Assembly (NCBI GenBank): GCA_905178155.1
Contig: CAJINV010000016.1
Span: 835,386-899,385 of the forward strand
Length of the DNA stretch: 64,000 nt
From: Amoebophrya sp. A120
Lineage: Eukaryota > Protista > Dinoflagellata
Direction: 5' to 3'
The notes beneath the pieces are model-generated. The model was not told the origin of the DNA and made no database searches. It worked only from the letters and a program-made list of their open reading frames with translations. This document shows, piece after piece, positions 41,674-54,613 of this stretch. Position 1 is the stretch's first letter, and every line of letters starts with the position of its first letter. A program made the position numbers and the translations under genes.

Positions 41674-43054
41674 GCAGATAACGCCGGCCGAGTAAGTGGT
41701 TCTCTGTAGAACGTCGCCCCAGGAGGTTCACGTTTCTCGGAGAACAGTTTTCCTCTTCGTTTCTCCCTAATATCTTCATGTTCCAATTGACTTATCAGGA
41801 CATACTAGTGCAGCGGGTTACCTCCTGTATACATATTCTTGTGTAAGGCCGAACTTCCAAGGAGAAATACGTGACTTAGAGGCACCAGACTTTCAACAAG
41901 GCTCTACTTGACCTCCGCCTTGGATTTCGAGAAGGCGAGGTAGGCCTTAGGCGATAGGGAAGTATGCATGGGCTACTTCTTACCGGGGGCGGCAGAGCAT
42001 GTACTGAGCATTCGTTTTTCGGATTTTCATCATCGACCGTTATTGTTGAGAAAAAAAAATGCATATGACATCCTCGTGATCGACAATTTATTTGAATCGG
42101 AAAAAAACACATGGCTTCGTCGCTGTCGTTGGGGTTGGATGCTGCTTTTTTGAGAAACTGTCCCCTCTCGGTCCCTGTCCTGAAAGTATCGGAGCGCATA
42201 GCATTCTAAAGCGATGCTGTAAGAGCAGTGCCTTGACGGGATGACGAATCTGATAGAAGATTATTGTCAGTCGGGCGCAAGAACCAGGCCGTTGTCTTCA
42301 AGGTGATCAAGACGAAGGCCCGTCGTGCGTGAATCCAAATTGCCGACATTAACAGAACAAAAAACAGGATAACCAGCTGTCTTAGCGATGTGTGGCAGTG
42401 CAAGTCGGTGCGGGTCTATGAGCATGTCAGTTCGCGATAAAATGGCGCCAAAGTGAAACTGATTTTTCATAAATGTTTATCGGATGCTGGTTTGATTGCG
42501 TTTCTCTATTTATTTGGTTTGTAGGTCAACAGTACTCACGTAGACGAGTAAGTAGGTGAAGGTGTGAGACAGGCTTTGATGGCTGAGCCGAGCGTACGTG
42601 CTTGCTGGTACTCACTGGGGTTGCTGCATATTTTCAGTACAACCAAAACATCGTAAACATGTAGCGAGTACGCAAACGAGTACGTATTTTGGCCACATGC
42701 TGCAGCGTCACAAAAACAGAAGTAGAAGCAACGATAAGTGACGCTGACTCATGCGAAACAAGTATACACCATTGCTTCGAAACTCGGAATCAAATTGATT
42801 TGAATGTCGTTGCCCTTGCCCCTCGTAGTAAGTCGGCGAGTTGTTCTCCGTTCGAGTAGCAGCATCGTATTTATGAAGCGTAACGCGACGGTGATGTGGA
42901 TGTCGCTACCTGCTTCGTTACAGCCAGGCACCATTTCTAGGCTGTGTTTGTTATAATTGATTGATAATGAAAGAATTTGTCTTGATGAATATGTCGTCCT
43001 CGTCTTGAATTTGATCTAGTTCTAAGCCAGGACCCTCTAGTACCCAACGACCCC

Positions 43055-45332
43055 ATGACCGACATCCTCGTCAATTTCTGGCAGTATGAGCCGGTGCGCG
43101 TTTGGCGCCGTGGGTTGGTGGATTCCATTTCGATCCACCGGTCCATCCCGTTCGTCGTCCGCTCACAGTTGATCCGGCAGCGCATGCTGCAGTGCTTCTT
43201 GCTGAACGGGATCATTTTTGTGGGCAGCATCCTGCTCTACAGCAACGTGATCAGCCCTCTGTTGTCCTTCTTGCTTAAAACCGACGTATTGCAGCAGCTG
43301 CTCTACGCTCCGGAGACAACCTCGAGTGCAATTTACACCCCAGACGCAGGGGGAATTGCGCCTTTCCAGGCGGGTAGTACAACTACCGGCGAAAGTAGAT
43401 TCTTGGAAAACACTGAAAGTAGTGGCGCCATCAACAACATAATTGGGGAGCAGGCAACGCTGCGAAACGGACTTCTAGCGCAAGAATCCGAACTTCCTCC
43501 TGGCTCCGCTTCTGCCCAACACGATAATCTCCTGTCAGGAGCTTCCACCGACCAGGAGTCCGCTGCTCGCCGAGCAGCCCTTGATGCAAGTTCCTCCGCG
43601 TCTGGGGCCACAACTGGGATCCTGGTTCAGCACGACACGCTGATTTTGACCTTGTTTTCTGTGCTGTACAAGTTGCTGTGGCTGTACCCGATTTACTGTA
43701 TTTCGTTCATTTTGAACACTGTAGCGTACCAAGATATCGCAGATTGCTGCCAGCTCGAAACAGCGGATGAGAAGAAGAATCCCAGCCTGCAGCAGCGGAT
43801 CGTCGACGAGGCTTTTTTATGGATTGCAAATATGTACTACGGGTCTGGAAGTATGTACTGTTGATATTTGCATCACAGACTCGCCGCTTGCACGGCATCG
43901 CAGCATCAGAAGTTTTTTGATGCTTCTTGGAGATTCATTCTTGGTACAACGCATGACCAAGAACTGGGTTCTAGCACGACGAAAAAGCGGGCGACTCCTG
44001 TTTATGCATCAAAGATTTTGATGCTGTCCTTCTTGCATCACAGATCCAGACCCAGACGTATTTGCAAAATGCATAACTCCGGGTGCTGCTGAACCTGATC
44101 TACATCCTGTGCTCAACTTTGATGTACTACTGCATCCCCTTCGGAGTCGGGAAGTTCTTCTACTTTGTCGCCAGTTGCTGGCTTGCCTCCTTGTACTGCT
44201 TCGAATACCGCTGGGTCTTCCTCGGGTGGAACTCGCACCAGCGGCTCAGCTACTCTAAGGAAAAATCCCCCCTCCCCATATTGAAACCGCACCCGGCTGA
44301 AAATTTGTGATGGAGATTTGTTGCCACAAATCGAGTCTGTCTTGCAAGAAGGCACATTCAGGATGTCCGCTACGTTGTGCAGGCCATTTGTAATGCTGGA
44401 AGGCCTACAGGGTAGCCGTCTACCATGCTAGACGCCTACACCAAATGGCCCCTAAGTGCCTGGGCTTTGCTTAGGATCTGCGTGCCGTCCTCTACTGCGA
44501 CACAGATTGGATTTGTGTATCCAAATCCAGCATGAGAAGTTTCGTTTTGTTACGGGGAGGGGGGATTTTTCCTTTCGATATCAGCTACTTCGAATCGCAC
44601 TGGCTCTACTTCTGTGGATTCGGCTTCCCTATCGCTTTCCTCTCCTACACCTCCCCCACCTTTATCGACAACGGCATCTTCGCGCTGATCTTTCCCTTCT
44701 TCATCCTGACCAGCTCGGTCGCCAGTCCGCAGGGCTTGCCGGTGCGGACTTACAGGGCGAATGAAGGAGTTCTTGCGGCGGCGGGGGGGAGAAGTTCCGG
44801 TGGCACGACTAGAAGTACAGAGATCATGACAAATAAACACACAACGACGACCAACAACGGTGATGCGACTAATTATGCGTCAACAAGATCACGGGGCTCC
44901 AGGACCACGACCTCCGCAGGGTTCAGTACAGCCGCTGGAGGTTCAATTTCATCAACACCGACCTCATCTGCAGGTTCTTCTGGCGCGGCGCAAACAGTCG
45001 GAGGTGCAACAGCTGCGTCTCAACAGCAGCAGCAGATGAATACTAGCGTGAACCACAACAACTACAAAGTGCACCGGATCCCGATCTTCTGGTTGGTGGC
45101 CAAGCTGACCACGTTTCTGCTCAGTTACTGCGAACGACGTCGAGCAGACCCGGCGGGGGGAGGTGGTGGGGGCAGTAATCACAGCCAGTCGAACGGTTCT
45201 TCCGGTGTTTCATCTTCTCGTGGCGACCACAGGAAATCACGTATGTCAGGGGGTAATGCTGAACAAAGTACGACGAGGAGTAAGCATCATGGGTCCTCTT
45301 CGAAAACCAACTTGATGAATAGGACACGGTGA
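43055..45332 (+). CDS. EI24: Etoposide-induced protein 2.4 (EI24) family membrane protein, 3 exons
   Basis: LQCFLLNGIIF, LWLYPIYCISFILN..YQDIA, WLASLYCFEYRW, RLSYFESHWLYFCGFG, IFALIFPFFIL. Introners 43818-44075 and 44251-44580. Confidence 0.9.
43818..44075. mobile_element. Introner, family A, with fully decayed TSD
   Basis: TATGGATTGCAAATATGT..GGGTCTGGA / TCCAGACCCAGACGTATTTGCAAAATGCATA; flanks TTTTT/ACTCC; removing 263 nt restores the frame. Confidence 0.85.
44251..44580. mobile_element. Introner, singleton family
   Basis: TACTCTAAGGAAAAATCCCCCCTCCCC / GGGGAGGGGGGATTTTTCCTTTCGATA; TSD TCAGC. Confidence 0.88.
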
Positions 45333-46078
45333 TGAAAGAGTTTTTATGAAGTAGCACGATAAGTAGGAGAAAAAAAATCACAGGTGTTCATCTTGATGTG
45401 CACCACCGTCCGAGAATAAAGAGCGAAGTTTTGATATTGCATACTACACACAGATCCATAAAGATCTTGGGAGCAACGTAAGTAAGTACTTCATCTTCAT
45501 CGCGGCCATGATCTTTACTGTGTCAAACCTGTTTTCAGGGCGCTTACGGCTCTCACTTGCAGCCTACGCGTTGTTCCGAGAGTGCAATGTCTTTTGTGAA
45601 TGTAGAAAGTGATAGTGAATGAAGTGTAGTTCCGGCAAAAGAAAAGATTCGGTTTTGGTTTCGCAATTTTCACCTTGATCATTTTCTAAGAATGAACGAC
45701 GAGCGTGGGCTCTTCACTGGCTCGAGAAGAGAGAAACAGCAGCACAAATAAAAAAGCTAATCTAGTACTAGCAAGTACTTCATGATGATGATACTCACTT
45801 CTTGGAAACATCATCTTCAATATCTAGAGCAGCAGTGTGGTAACTATAAGTTTCAGTCGTAAAAAATAACGACCCCGTGATATTGAAGAGAAAAGTAGAA
45901 CCTCTGCACACACATCCACTCGCCCTCCCCAGGCGCTTCTTGCCCGTTTTTCTCTACCGTTATTTTTTGAGTCTCAAGGAGAAGAAGAGTAATAAACCCA
46001 AGTGTAATTATCTGACAGTAAGTTTTCTTTCGAGGAACAAGCAGCCCTGCACGACTGCTACAACTTTATAAACATTTT

Positions 46079-47479
46079 ATGGGTGCCCAAGCCTCCTCCG
46101 TGCGAGCAATGGGCCGACAAACAGGATCTTTGCTCCCCGAGGGCATCTGCATCCCGGGGCGGGACACGGCGATTCCCCAGGCGCCGCCCAAGACCGCGAA
46201 GCACTTCATCAAGGGCACGCCACTGTACGGCCCCTTCGAGAGCAAATACGAGCAGGCGCTGATCGGCATGGGCTGTTTCTGGTGCGTGGAGAACCTCTTC
46301 ATGAAGCGGGACGGCGTCTTTTCCACGCAAGTCGGTTACGCCTGCGGGACGACGAGGAATCCAACTTACGAAGAGGTTTGCTCAGGTATGACCAACCACA
46401 GCGAGGTGTGCCGGATTGTCTACGACCCGAATGTGCTCACGTTTCAGGACATTTTAAAGACGTTTTGGACCATATCATGGGGAAAATCTTCTTTTATTCA
46501 CCTGGCTGCTGTTTGCGCGATTGTCAAAATTTGAATTTGGACGGTATCATGCTTCTATTGCAGTACGCACTTTTGTAGCTGTAGCATGATTGTCTTTTCG
46601 CAGGATTTTTGTATACTCACGCACCACTGAGTAATGCGCTTGTTGCTCGTAATTGTAATTGCAAGTTGAGTTTGAGCTTGACTTGAGCCATAGCCCGGTG
46701 ACGTAGATTTTCCACAGGATATACCAAGCATGATCCAACGACGCTAAATCAGCAGGGAGGAGATCGGGGGACGCAATACAGGTACAATTGGACATCATTC
46801 GTTATGCTTATGCGGGGAAAGCAGGAAGTGCAAGTGCCTGAGTCACTACCAACTTCAAATGAACTTTTCTATGTGACGAGAATCATGCGCCAGTGCTTTT
46901 CATCAATTGTTAAGACACAGAAAGATTTCTGTGCGTTTTTAATGGTCCTAGAAGTAGAAATAGAATCAAAAAAAAAAAACGACGTTGAAAATAACCAATT
47001 CACTCCCCGAAGAACACTCAGGTCCGGGATCTACTACTACAATGAGCAGCAGAAAAAGATCGCGGAGGAAACGAAGGACAAGATGCAAAAGGCCATCGAC
47101 GAGGCCTACGGTGCCGGCGCGAAGAAGATCTCCACGGAAATCCTTCCCGCACCGACCGACTTCTTATCCAGGAAAAAAACTATGTAAGTGTAACTTTGTA
47201 GGAAAAGCAGCATCACAAATTCGTTTTGCATAAAAGAAAAACCTGTCATGCGCAGCTAGTACGTGAAAACACGTATGAAAGTGGCCTATGACGCACATCC
47301 AGCATGACAATCCTATATAGTTTTGCATTTTCTGCATCACAGATTTACACTCACATAGTTTTTTTCTTGGATACTTCTGGATGGCAGAAGATTACCACCA
47401 GCAGTACGACGCGAAGCCGGGCTCGCGCGAGTACTGCGGTTTACGACCCCTGTTCAAGGTCAGTAACGCAGCACTTTGA
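46079..47479 (+). CDS. msrA: Peptide methionine sulfoxide reductase A, 4 exons
   Basis: [62 protein letters not shown]. Introners 46473-46721 and 47165-47373; GT-AG intron 46782-47021. Confidence 0.95.
46473..46721. mobile_element. Introner, singleton family
   Basis: TATCATGGGGAAAATCT / AGATTTTCCACAGGATA; TSD GACCA/TACCA. Confidence 0.85.
47165..47373. mobile_element. Introner, family D
   Basis: TATCCAGGAAAAAAACTATGT / ACATAGTTTTTTTCTTGGATA; TSD CTTCT. Confidence 0.9.
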
Positions 47480-48739
47480 AGAGCAACGGGGGGAGATGAT
47501 GAGAAACGGTCAGAATAAGTAGAAAAACAGGGTAGGTGCTGAGAGTTCCGAGCACGAACGAGACGCAGGTGTTGTACAACTTCGTGGAACTAAGACAGCG
47601 ACTTTTTCAAAAGATGATCAAGCTGTTGTTGATCTGTAGAATTTAGATTTTTTCTTTTGCTTTCACATTTCTCTGCAGTATACTGAAGTGTGAATGATGT
47701 CGTGGTGGAAGAAGAATCTCTTGATTGCTTTCACTTATACATCGATAGCAAACACCTGCCTGACGGCTTCCTTTCTGTGTTCTTTGTATAAATTTGTTTG
47801 CCTTCTATGAGGTGAACTTAGCTGCTTTTTTGGTGTAGGCTTGAATTTCACGAAGATTACACGAGGAACGCGATATTCTATCTAATCCTCAAGCCTCTAC
47901 ACACTTTGCCTGAAGAAGGTTTCTCATTTTTTTGTCAAGTATTCAAGTTGAGCTGCAAGATGTTTAGTCACGACGGCTTTCGTGAAGAGAAATTTTAGTA
48001 TAAAGAAAGAATTGGAATCAATGTGAATGTGCAGTACGAAATCTTAATCTTCCAAATGCAAATGATACGGGTCAGAAGTCAGATTCTGTCTGCATGGACA
48101 GGAAGACCGCAGCTCCTGCAAGATTTACGGGCGACAGAAAATAGTTTTTGCGACTGGAGTACTACAAACGACCGAATGTCGAATTGGCTCGCAGCACGAT
48201 ATCGTCTATCAAACGAACCTTCTGGTGTTCTTCGCAACATTACTTTTTGAAGCTCCTTTTTTACCTGTCTTCTCACTCACCATGAAATGAAACACAGCTG
48301 AAAAGGTGAAGTTCATCACAGTATCGCAGCTGAAACATGAAAAGTAAGAGACGGAACCCATGGAGACCGAGTGGAGAATTAGGAGGAGAAGAGCGCTAGT
48401 TTTCCAAGTCCCGAGGACAAAATTTACAGCAGTTGTGCGCATGAGGCAGATACCGATCGAGAGCAGAACAAGTGAAATAAGAGAGCGCACCAGCAGCAGG
48501 CGTTAAGTGCCCTGGGTTTTTCTGAATAAACATGTAGTTCCACCTGCTCGTTCATTATGTCTTCCGTTCTCTTGGGCCAGGTCCCGCTGCCCTTCTGTGA
48601 ATTTGGTCTCCTTTTCCAGCACTTGCGCTTTATCAGTCATGTCAGCGAACGCTTCGCTGACGCTGCCCTCTTTATCTAACCCATTGGTACTCTGATATCT
48701 CTATCAGTGAAAATTTAAATATACATCCGAAGTAATATC

Positions 48740-51450
48740 ATGTTGGCCACAACTACAACTCCACCACCAACTCTTACCGCTTGTTCTTCCCCCCCGCCAA
48801 AACGAAGCGGGTCCAAAGCGAGCTCACTTTCCACCCCGAGCAGGACACCTCGCGATCGTCGTACAACTACCGATCCGCCCACGACGAGAAAAACTACCGG
48901 GACGATGATAGAACAAAGACTGGGCTCCGCGTCGAAAACAAAACTATCCTCTTCCCACCTCTCGTCCACCCCGAGGTATTTTTTCCACCTGTTATTCCAG
49001 AGCACGTTCCTGTCTCCCAAGAAGTTTTTCCAGGGCGCCTGGCCGTTCATTCTGATCCTTTTGGTAGAGCTGTACGACGACTGGTACACGAAGTTCACGG
49101 CCGGCTATACCTGCCCGCCGTGGTACGTTCCTAACGCGAGTAAGATCTCAACGGAGGAGGCGGATCAGCTGTTGCAAAAAGCCACCAAGGCCTTCTTCAG
49201 CGATTTGCAGAACCTGCTGAAGTGGATTTTGCTCGGCGGGTTTTCGGACCTGGGCGTAGCGGACGATGGAATGATTTTTCGGCCCTACCACGATGAAATC
49301 CACTTATGAGAGTGTGCACAACTACGTCGTCCCATTTTTCCACTCATTTTTTGAAGGACATGATCAGGAGCGTCAGCAGCGCTAGTAAAGAAGATCATGC
49401 AGTTTCAGTTATTTCTACATGGCAAATTAAAATTAAAATTATTCTGCCGGGATGGTAACCGCTGTTTCTGCTTGGGCTTCCGGAACATATCATGCAAACA
49501 CCGCCAAAAGGCTTAAGCTAACAAGGCAACAACAGGCGTTCTTGTCTTTTTGGATAAGTATTATTCTATCTAGCAAATGACGCAGGAACAGGCGGGTTGT
49601 GCACCAGTGTCATAGCAAGACGCGGTCTGCCCAATTGGTTACGAGTACGACTTCCCCGTGTCCGGCACTACCTGGCGCTGGGAGTTTTCGCCGCAGTACG
49701 CGGCGGAGGTGGAAATGAACCACCTGACCTCGGCGCTCTCGTACGACCCCTTGAACCGCTTCTACTTCTGGGTCAGCATGTGGCCGGGGTGCGACGTGTT
49801 GCTGCTCCTCCTCCTCATCCTGTTTCGGCGCGGCGCCGCGGAGCTGATGTTGTTAGTCGGGGTGGTGGTGCAGGGAATTCTGCCGACCACGATAAAACGG
49901 TCCGTGAACTGCTACGGCTTCGGAAACGACAAAAATTTCGCGGACACCCACGTGCTCGAGCAGATGCTGTGCCCACTGTGGCTGCGACCGCACACGAGCT
50001 GCCTTGACGACTGCGGGATGCCGTCGGGCCATGCGAACGTCGCGTATTTCTACCTGGCGTGGGGACTGCCCTACTTCTGGAGAAGCGGGCTGTTGGGGGG
50101 CGAGGGAAGTAGTAGAACAAGAGCAAATACAAAAACAAAATCCGCACCATCGTCTTCTCCTGAATCTTATTCTACCACCAGAGCTGTTGAAACAGCAAGA
50201 ACAACAGCAAAAAACGTCGTGGCTTCCTTGCCCACCGCAGTGGAGCCGCGGCCGGAGGTGGACACTGCAAGTGGAATTCTCCTCCTGGCGGGGGCGGGCT
50301 CTTTGTCTCAACCTCTGCTAGAGGAGAGCTCCTGCGGCGAGAACGCGATAATAGATGCTGGTGCTGAATATAGGAGTAGAGATTCGAACACAAATAACCG
50401 CCGTGCGGCTGAGGACGGTGGTTCAAGGACGACTAGCGACAAAACCATTGCAAGAATCACGGTGGAAGACAACGACAGAACCACAACAGCATTCCTCGCT
50501 GCATCACCAGAGCAGCTGATGAACACATGGAGTCGTGGAAACGATCGCAATCAGTCCGCCAAACCAGTATCAGCAGCGTTTTTTCCAGAGGAAGGGGCGA
50601 AAAATGAAGCAGGATACGGAAGCGGAGTGGAGATATCTTCGAGTGCTACGATAGTACTACCTGCTTCTGCAGCAAGAGCAACCTCCTACAGACGCGGTCT
50701 CATCCTCTTTGTGCTGTTCTTTCTCGCCGTCCAGCCCTACGTGATTGTCGCGTTGGGAGACCACACACCCCTGCAAGGCCTCGCCGGCGCGGTCACGGGG
50801 TTTCTCACCGGGTTTTCCTTCTACAAGTTCGTTTTAATCGATGACGTGGTGCTGAGCTTCGTGGAGAGTCCCATCGTACCAATTGTAAAAATGTCTGGGT
50901 CTGGAAGGTTGGAGCTTGTGATGCTAATTCTGGATCATGCAAAAATCTGTGTTGCATGAATGCCAAAAGTTGCCCACTTTTGACGAAGTTGAGAGGAAGT
51001 TTCTCATGCAGGATAGGCATGACAGGGATCCCGCAGAATCTGTCATGCTAGGTTCTGCGTTCCAGTGATGACATGGATCATGGAAAATCTGCATGACAAG
51101 TCTCGGAATCTTCCAGACCCAGACATTTTTGCACTTGATAGATCGGAAGGTTTTTGGGGTTTCACGACAACTACACGTTTGGAGCTCGTTCTGGTTGTAC
51201 TGATATTGATAGTGGTAAACCTCCACACTTTATTTCTACTAGTGCCAGCTGCCAGAAAAACGTAGCTGCCTTGTCACCTGCTGCTTCGACCAGCGTGCGA
51301 GGAGGACAGCATGTAGGCATAGACGTATCGGCACAGGAATCGAAGCCTTTGTCGTCGCCGCTGTTGCCCGCGAATAATGGTACTGGACGTGAAGCTGAAC
51401 AAAAACATATCGGAATACAAAGCCAAAACCTACCACATAGTACAACTTGA
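48740..51450 (+). CDS. PAP2-family phosphatase (dolichyl-diphosphatase-like); first intron boundaries (about 49260-49645) unresolved
   Basis: C1 K...LRP, C2 GMPSGHA and C3 GDHTPLQGLAG motifs. Introner 50877-51140 removal gives SPIGRFLGFHDNY. Linkage of ORF 48740 is inferred from the shared frame. Confidence 0.75.
50877..51140. mobile_element. Introner, family A
   Basis: TACCAATTGTAAAAATGTCTGGGTCTGGAAG / CTTCCAGACCCAGACATTTTTGCACTTGATA; TSD CATCG/GATCG; interior similar to 8179 and 31695. Confidence 0.9.
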
Positions 51451-52110
51451 TTTTATCAGCATGTCTGGCCCTACCAGCAAGTTTGAGTTTCTCGTCTTTC
51501 TACGACTTTAATTTTTGTTTCTCACCTCGCACAGCACACTGTAAGATGAAGACGATTTATTTATGTCGGGTAAGAACCCTGCTAATGTCATCGTTTCGCC
51601 ACGGACAGAGTTTTTATCGTTATGGAATCACTTGCAGGGCGAACTGGCACAAAATAAACGAAGCCGATTGATGCGGTAATGAATAAGTAGCTGCTCGTTC
51701 TTCTGGTAGACGGCCGCATGTTTGTCATGGTCCTGGACTCTGTACTCAGCAAACTTGTTGTAATATAAATCAGAACACCGACGCGACACTAATATGCGCG
51801 AGTTTTTTACTTCGTTAATCGCTGTTCCGTGCGTATTTGTTCACGACTAGCTTCCGTGCAGGGACACGCTGTTCAGCTAATTGTGAAAACTGGATCATGT
51901 TTTCTTTCTTGTATAAAGCAGAAGATTTTCAGAGATCAGACTTTCGTTTTCCTTTTGCCGTATGAGATGATCATGTATGGGTTTTTTTTACAACAACTCC
52001 TTCTAGTTCGAGCCATCGGCCCTGCTACATGTTGATGCTTTTGTTTTTACATCACATCGACATGAACGAAATGCGCTGAGGAAATGAAAGTATCTGCCAA
52101 AGAATAACCC

Positions 52111-54613
52111 ATGCAGCAGCTCCAAATGCTGCCCAAGCCCGAACCCTCCCTCCGTAGAAGAAAGAGGATGTGTAGTTGGGCGGATTCTACTCCTGCAATC
52201 AGAGCTGATCGTCCTGCTGAAATAAATCGTTCATGTGAGGATTTGGATTGTCGCAATAAACGAAAAATTAACTCGAAGCAAGGAAGCGACCGTAAACAGC
52301 AGCACCCCTCTTTTGCACGAGACCATAATTCTTGCAGCGCGGCTGAAATATTGATTCCTGCCGAGGAAATAACGACTAGCAGTGGCATGACAAGCGACGG
52401 GGCCAGTGGCTGCCCGCCATACGACCCTTCAGGGTCGTCTACTTCGGCCTCAAGCCGTGTAGTTCCAGCAACGGCGAGCCGGCCCAAGAGGGGAACTTCT
52501 AGTAAGCGAAGTGGTGATTTTTATGCCAGGAACAAGAGACAGCGGCGAGCAGCACGCGATGCGCAACTGCAGGCAGAAAACGATCTTGATGCATTAGGGC
52601 AAAAAGTTTCGCAGCTGCTGGCGCAACTATGCGCAACATGTCGGGACCTCAGCCGAAAGACCACCCGCACGCTCGGGCGATGGCATCAACATCATTTTGC
52701 CGACCGCACGACAGAAAGAAACACGTCGATAGCTTGTTGCGCCAGAAGGAACAGGAGCTGTATAATTTTGAAAAACCAGCAGGCGCAGGCCCGCCCCGCC
52801 AAGAATTTCTACGCCGGAAAAAGCAAGAGCTTTCCCAGACACAAAGTTTTCGGGAGTATCTGTGTCACCCTGGCATCCACATCTTTGCTGCTGAAAGCCG
52901 CTTGGGTGCTTCATTCCCTTCTTCTACACGGCACGTTTCCAAGGGTGGTCCTGGCGCAACAAGAATCGCAGATGCAACAAGGGAACTCCGCCGGCGCGAG
53001 CAATGCTCCCTTGGGCAACATGAATCTGCTCCAAAATTCCCCCTGCCAGCAGGTCGCGCGTTGCAAATTCGAGCAGGAACTGTTGCCGCAACTGCAAACG
53101 GTGGATAAGCAGCTGTTCGAGGAGCAAAACGTGCAGCCCGCTCTGGAAACGCTCCTCCTCCTGGCCGAGAAATTTTTCAAGGAACCGGGCGACGCCCTGG
53201 ACTGCCGTTCCGGCGGGGCGCTGGTGTTTTACCGGCTCGCCGAGATCTACCGACACAGCGTGAACGCCCCGCAACGGGCCCACAACCTGTACCAACTCGC
53301 GATGAGCATGTTCTGGGACATGAGCCGCGAGCCCAACGGCCTGGAGTGTCTGGAAACGGGGCAGGTGTGGAGTTTGGATTTTAACGCCTTCATGGAGGCG
53401 TACTTGACTTTGGCCAAACAAGTGCACCGACACGAACCGGAGGGCTTACCCCCTGCGTTTGCGTACGACAAGAATAAGAGCAAAAAGCGGAGGATCGCGA
53501 TAACGTCGGTTTGTGCGTACGCAGAATCGCACATGCTGTACGAATTGTATCCGCTGGTGAAGCAAAACAGGGACCGATACGCAAAACTGAACGGGTATGA
53601 TTATGTTGTAGCTTTACGCTAGTACTTCAAACTTGAGTTGTCGCAGCAACGGGAATAGACACGGATGCAGCTCCGACGTTGGTAGCTTGATTTTGACAGC
53701 GTAGTCTATTTCTAGGCCTCAATAATCACAAGGACAAGTGTTTAGCATTACTTGTTCCTAAGTACTTAGAACCCATATGTTCCATCTCTACTATCCCAGG
53801 TACGACTCCCACCTCTGGAACACAACCTTTGACGCAAGCCGCGCCCCCGTTTGGTCCGCAGTCGGCCTGCCCCTCTCGCTTGTCCAGAAAAAAACCGACT
53901 ACGATTGGATTTTGGCCGCCGACTGCGACATGATGTTCATCAACATGGACGTGAAAATCGAGCAGATCCTCGACGAGTATGTGAACGAGGAGCAAGACCC
54001 GGACGCAAAAAACGTTCACGTGTTAATTACCGAGGACGGGCGGGGACTTGCAGGTGGGATCTTCCTCATCCGGAATTCGCCCGAGGGGAGGGCGATCATC
54101 GAGTCGGTGTACGGGAGTCATCTGCCCGTGCCGAATGTCTACGACCGGCATGATTTACGGGACCAGTGGTCGTTTCTGTGGCATTTTATCCGGCCGAAGG
54201 CGACGGAGGCGATGAAACCCATGGAGCTGGTTGTCGGTATATTGATATGTTGCTGCGTTTTCATTTAGATGTTCAGCATGACAGGAAGCACAGTAAATTG
54301 ACAGTTGTGCAACACAAATTGTCGGTCGTCATCAACGTGTAAACCTACACGTAACTCAGGCTCCGGCACGCGGGATTGGCGCATGCTGGAATATCGGGAC
54401 CAGGTTCGCCTCATCCCCCAGAAGTATCTCAATGCCTACCCTTGGGCCAGCTGTCGGCCCAGCCACCATTGTTTTGACGATGATAAGGACCTGGTGGTCA
54501 GCTTCATCACGCTGGGTTCGTTTTCGAAGGAAATGGCGTACGCCATGTTGAACAAATTCTTGGAGCAGAGTTTGCAAAGTTACGAGAAAATTACGGGGAG
54601 CCGGGAGTTGTGA
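52111..54613 (+). CDS. Glycosyltransferase family 34 (GMA12/MNN10-like), 3 exons; start uncertain
   Basis: NRDRYAKLNGYD..RAPVWS, YDWILAADCDMMFIN (DxD), GLAGGIFLIRNS, DQW, LNAYP. GT-AG introns 53595-53799 and 54237-54359. Confidence 0.85.
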
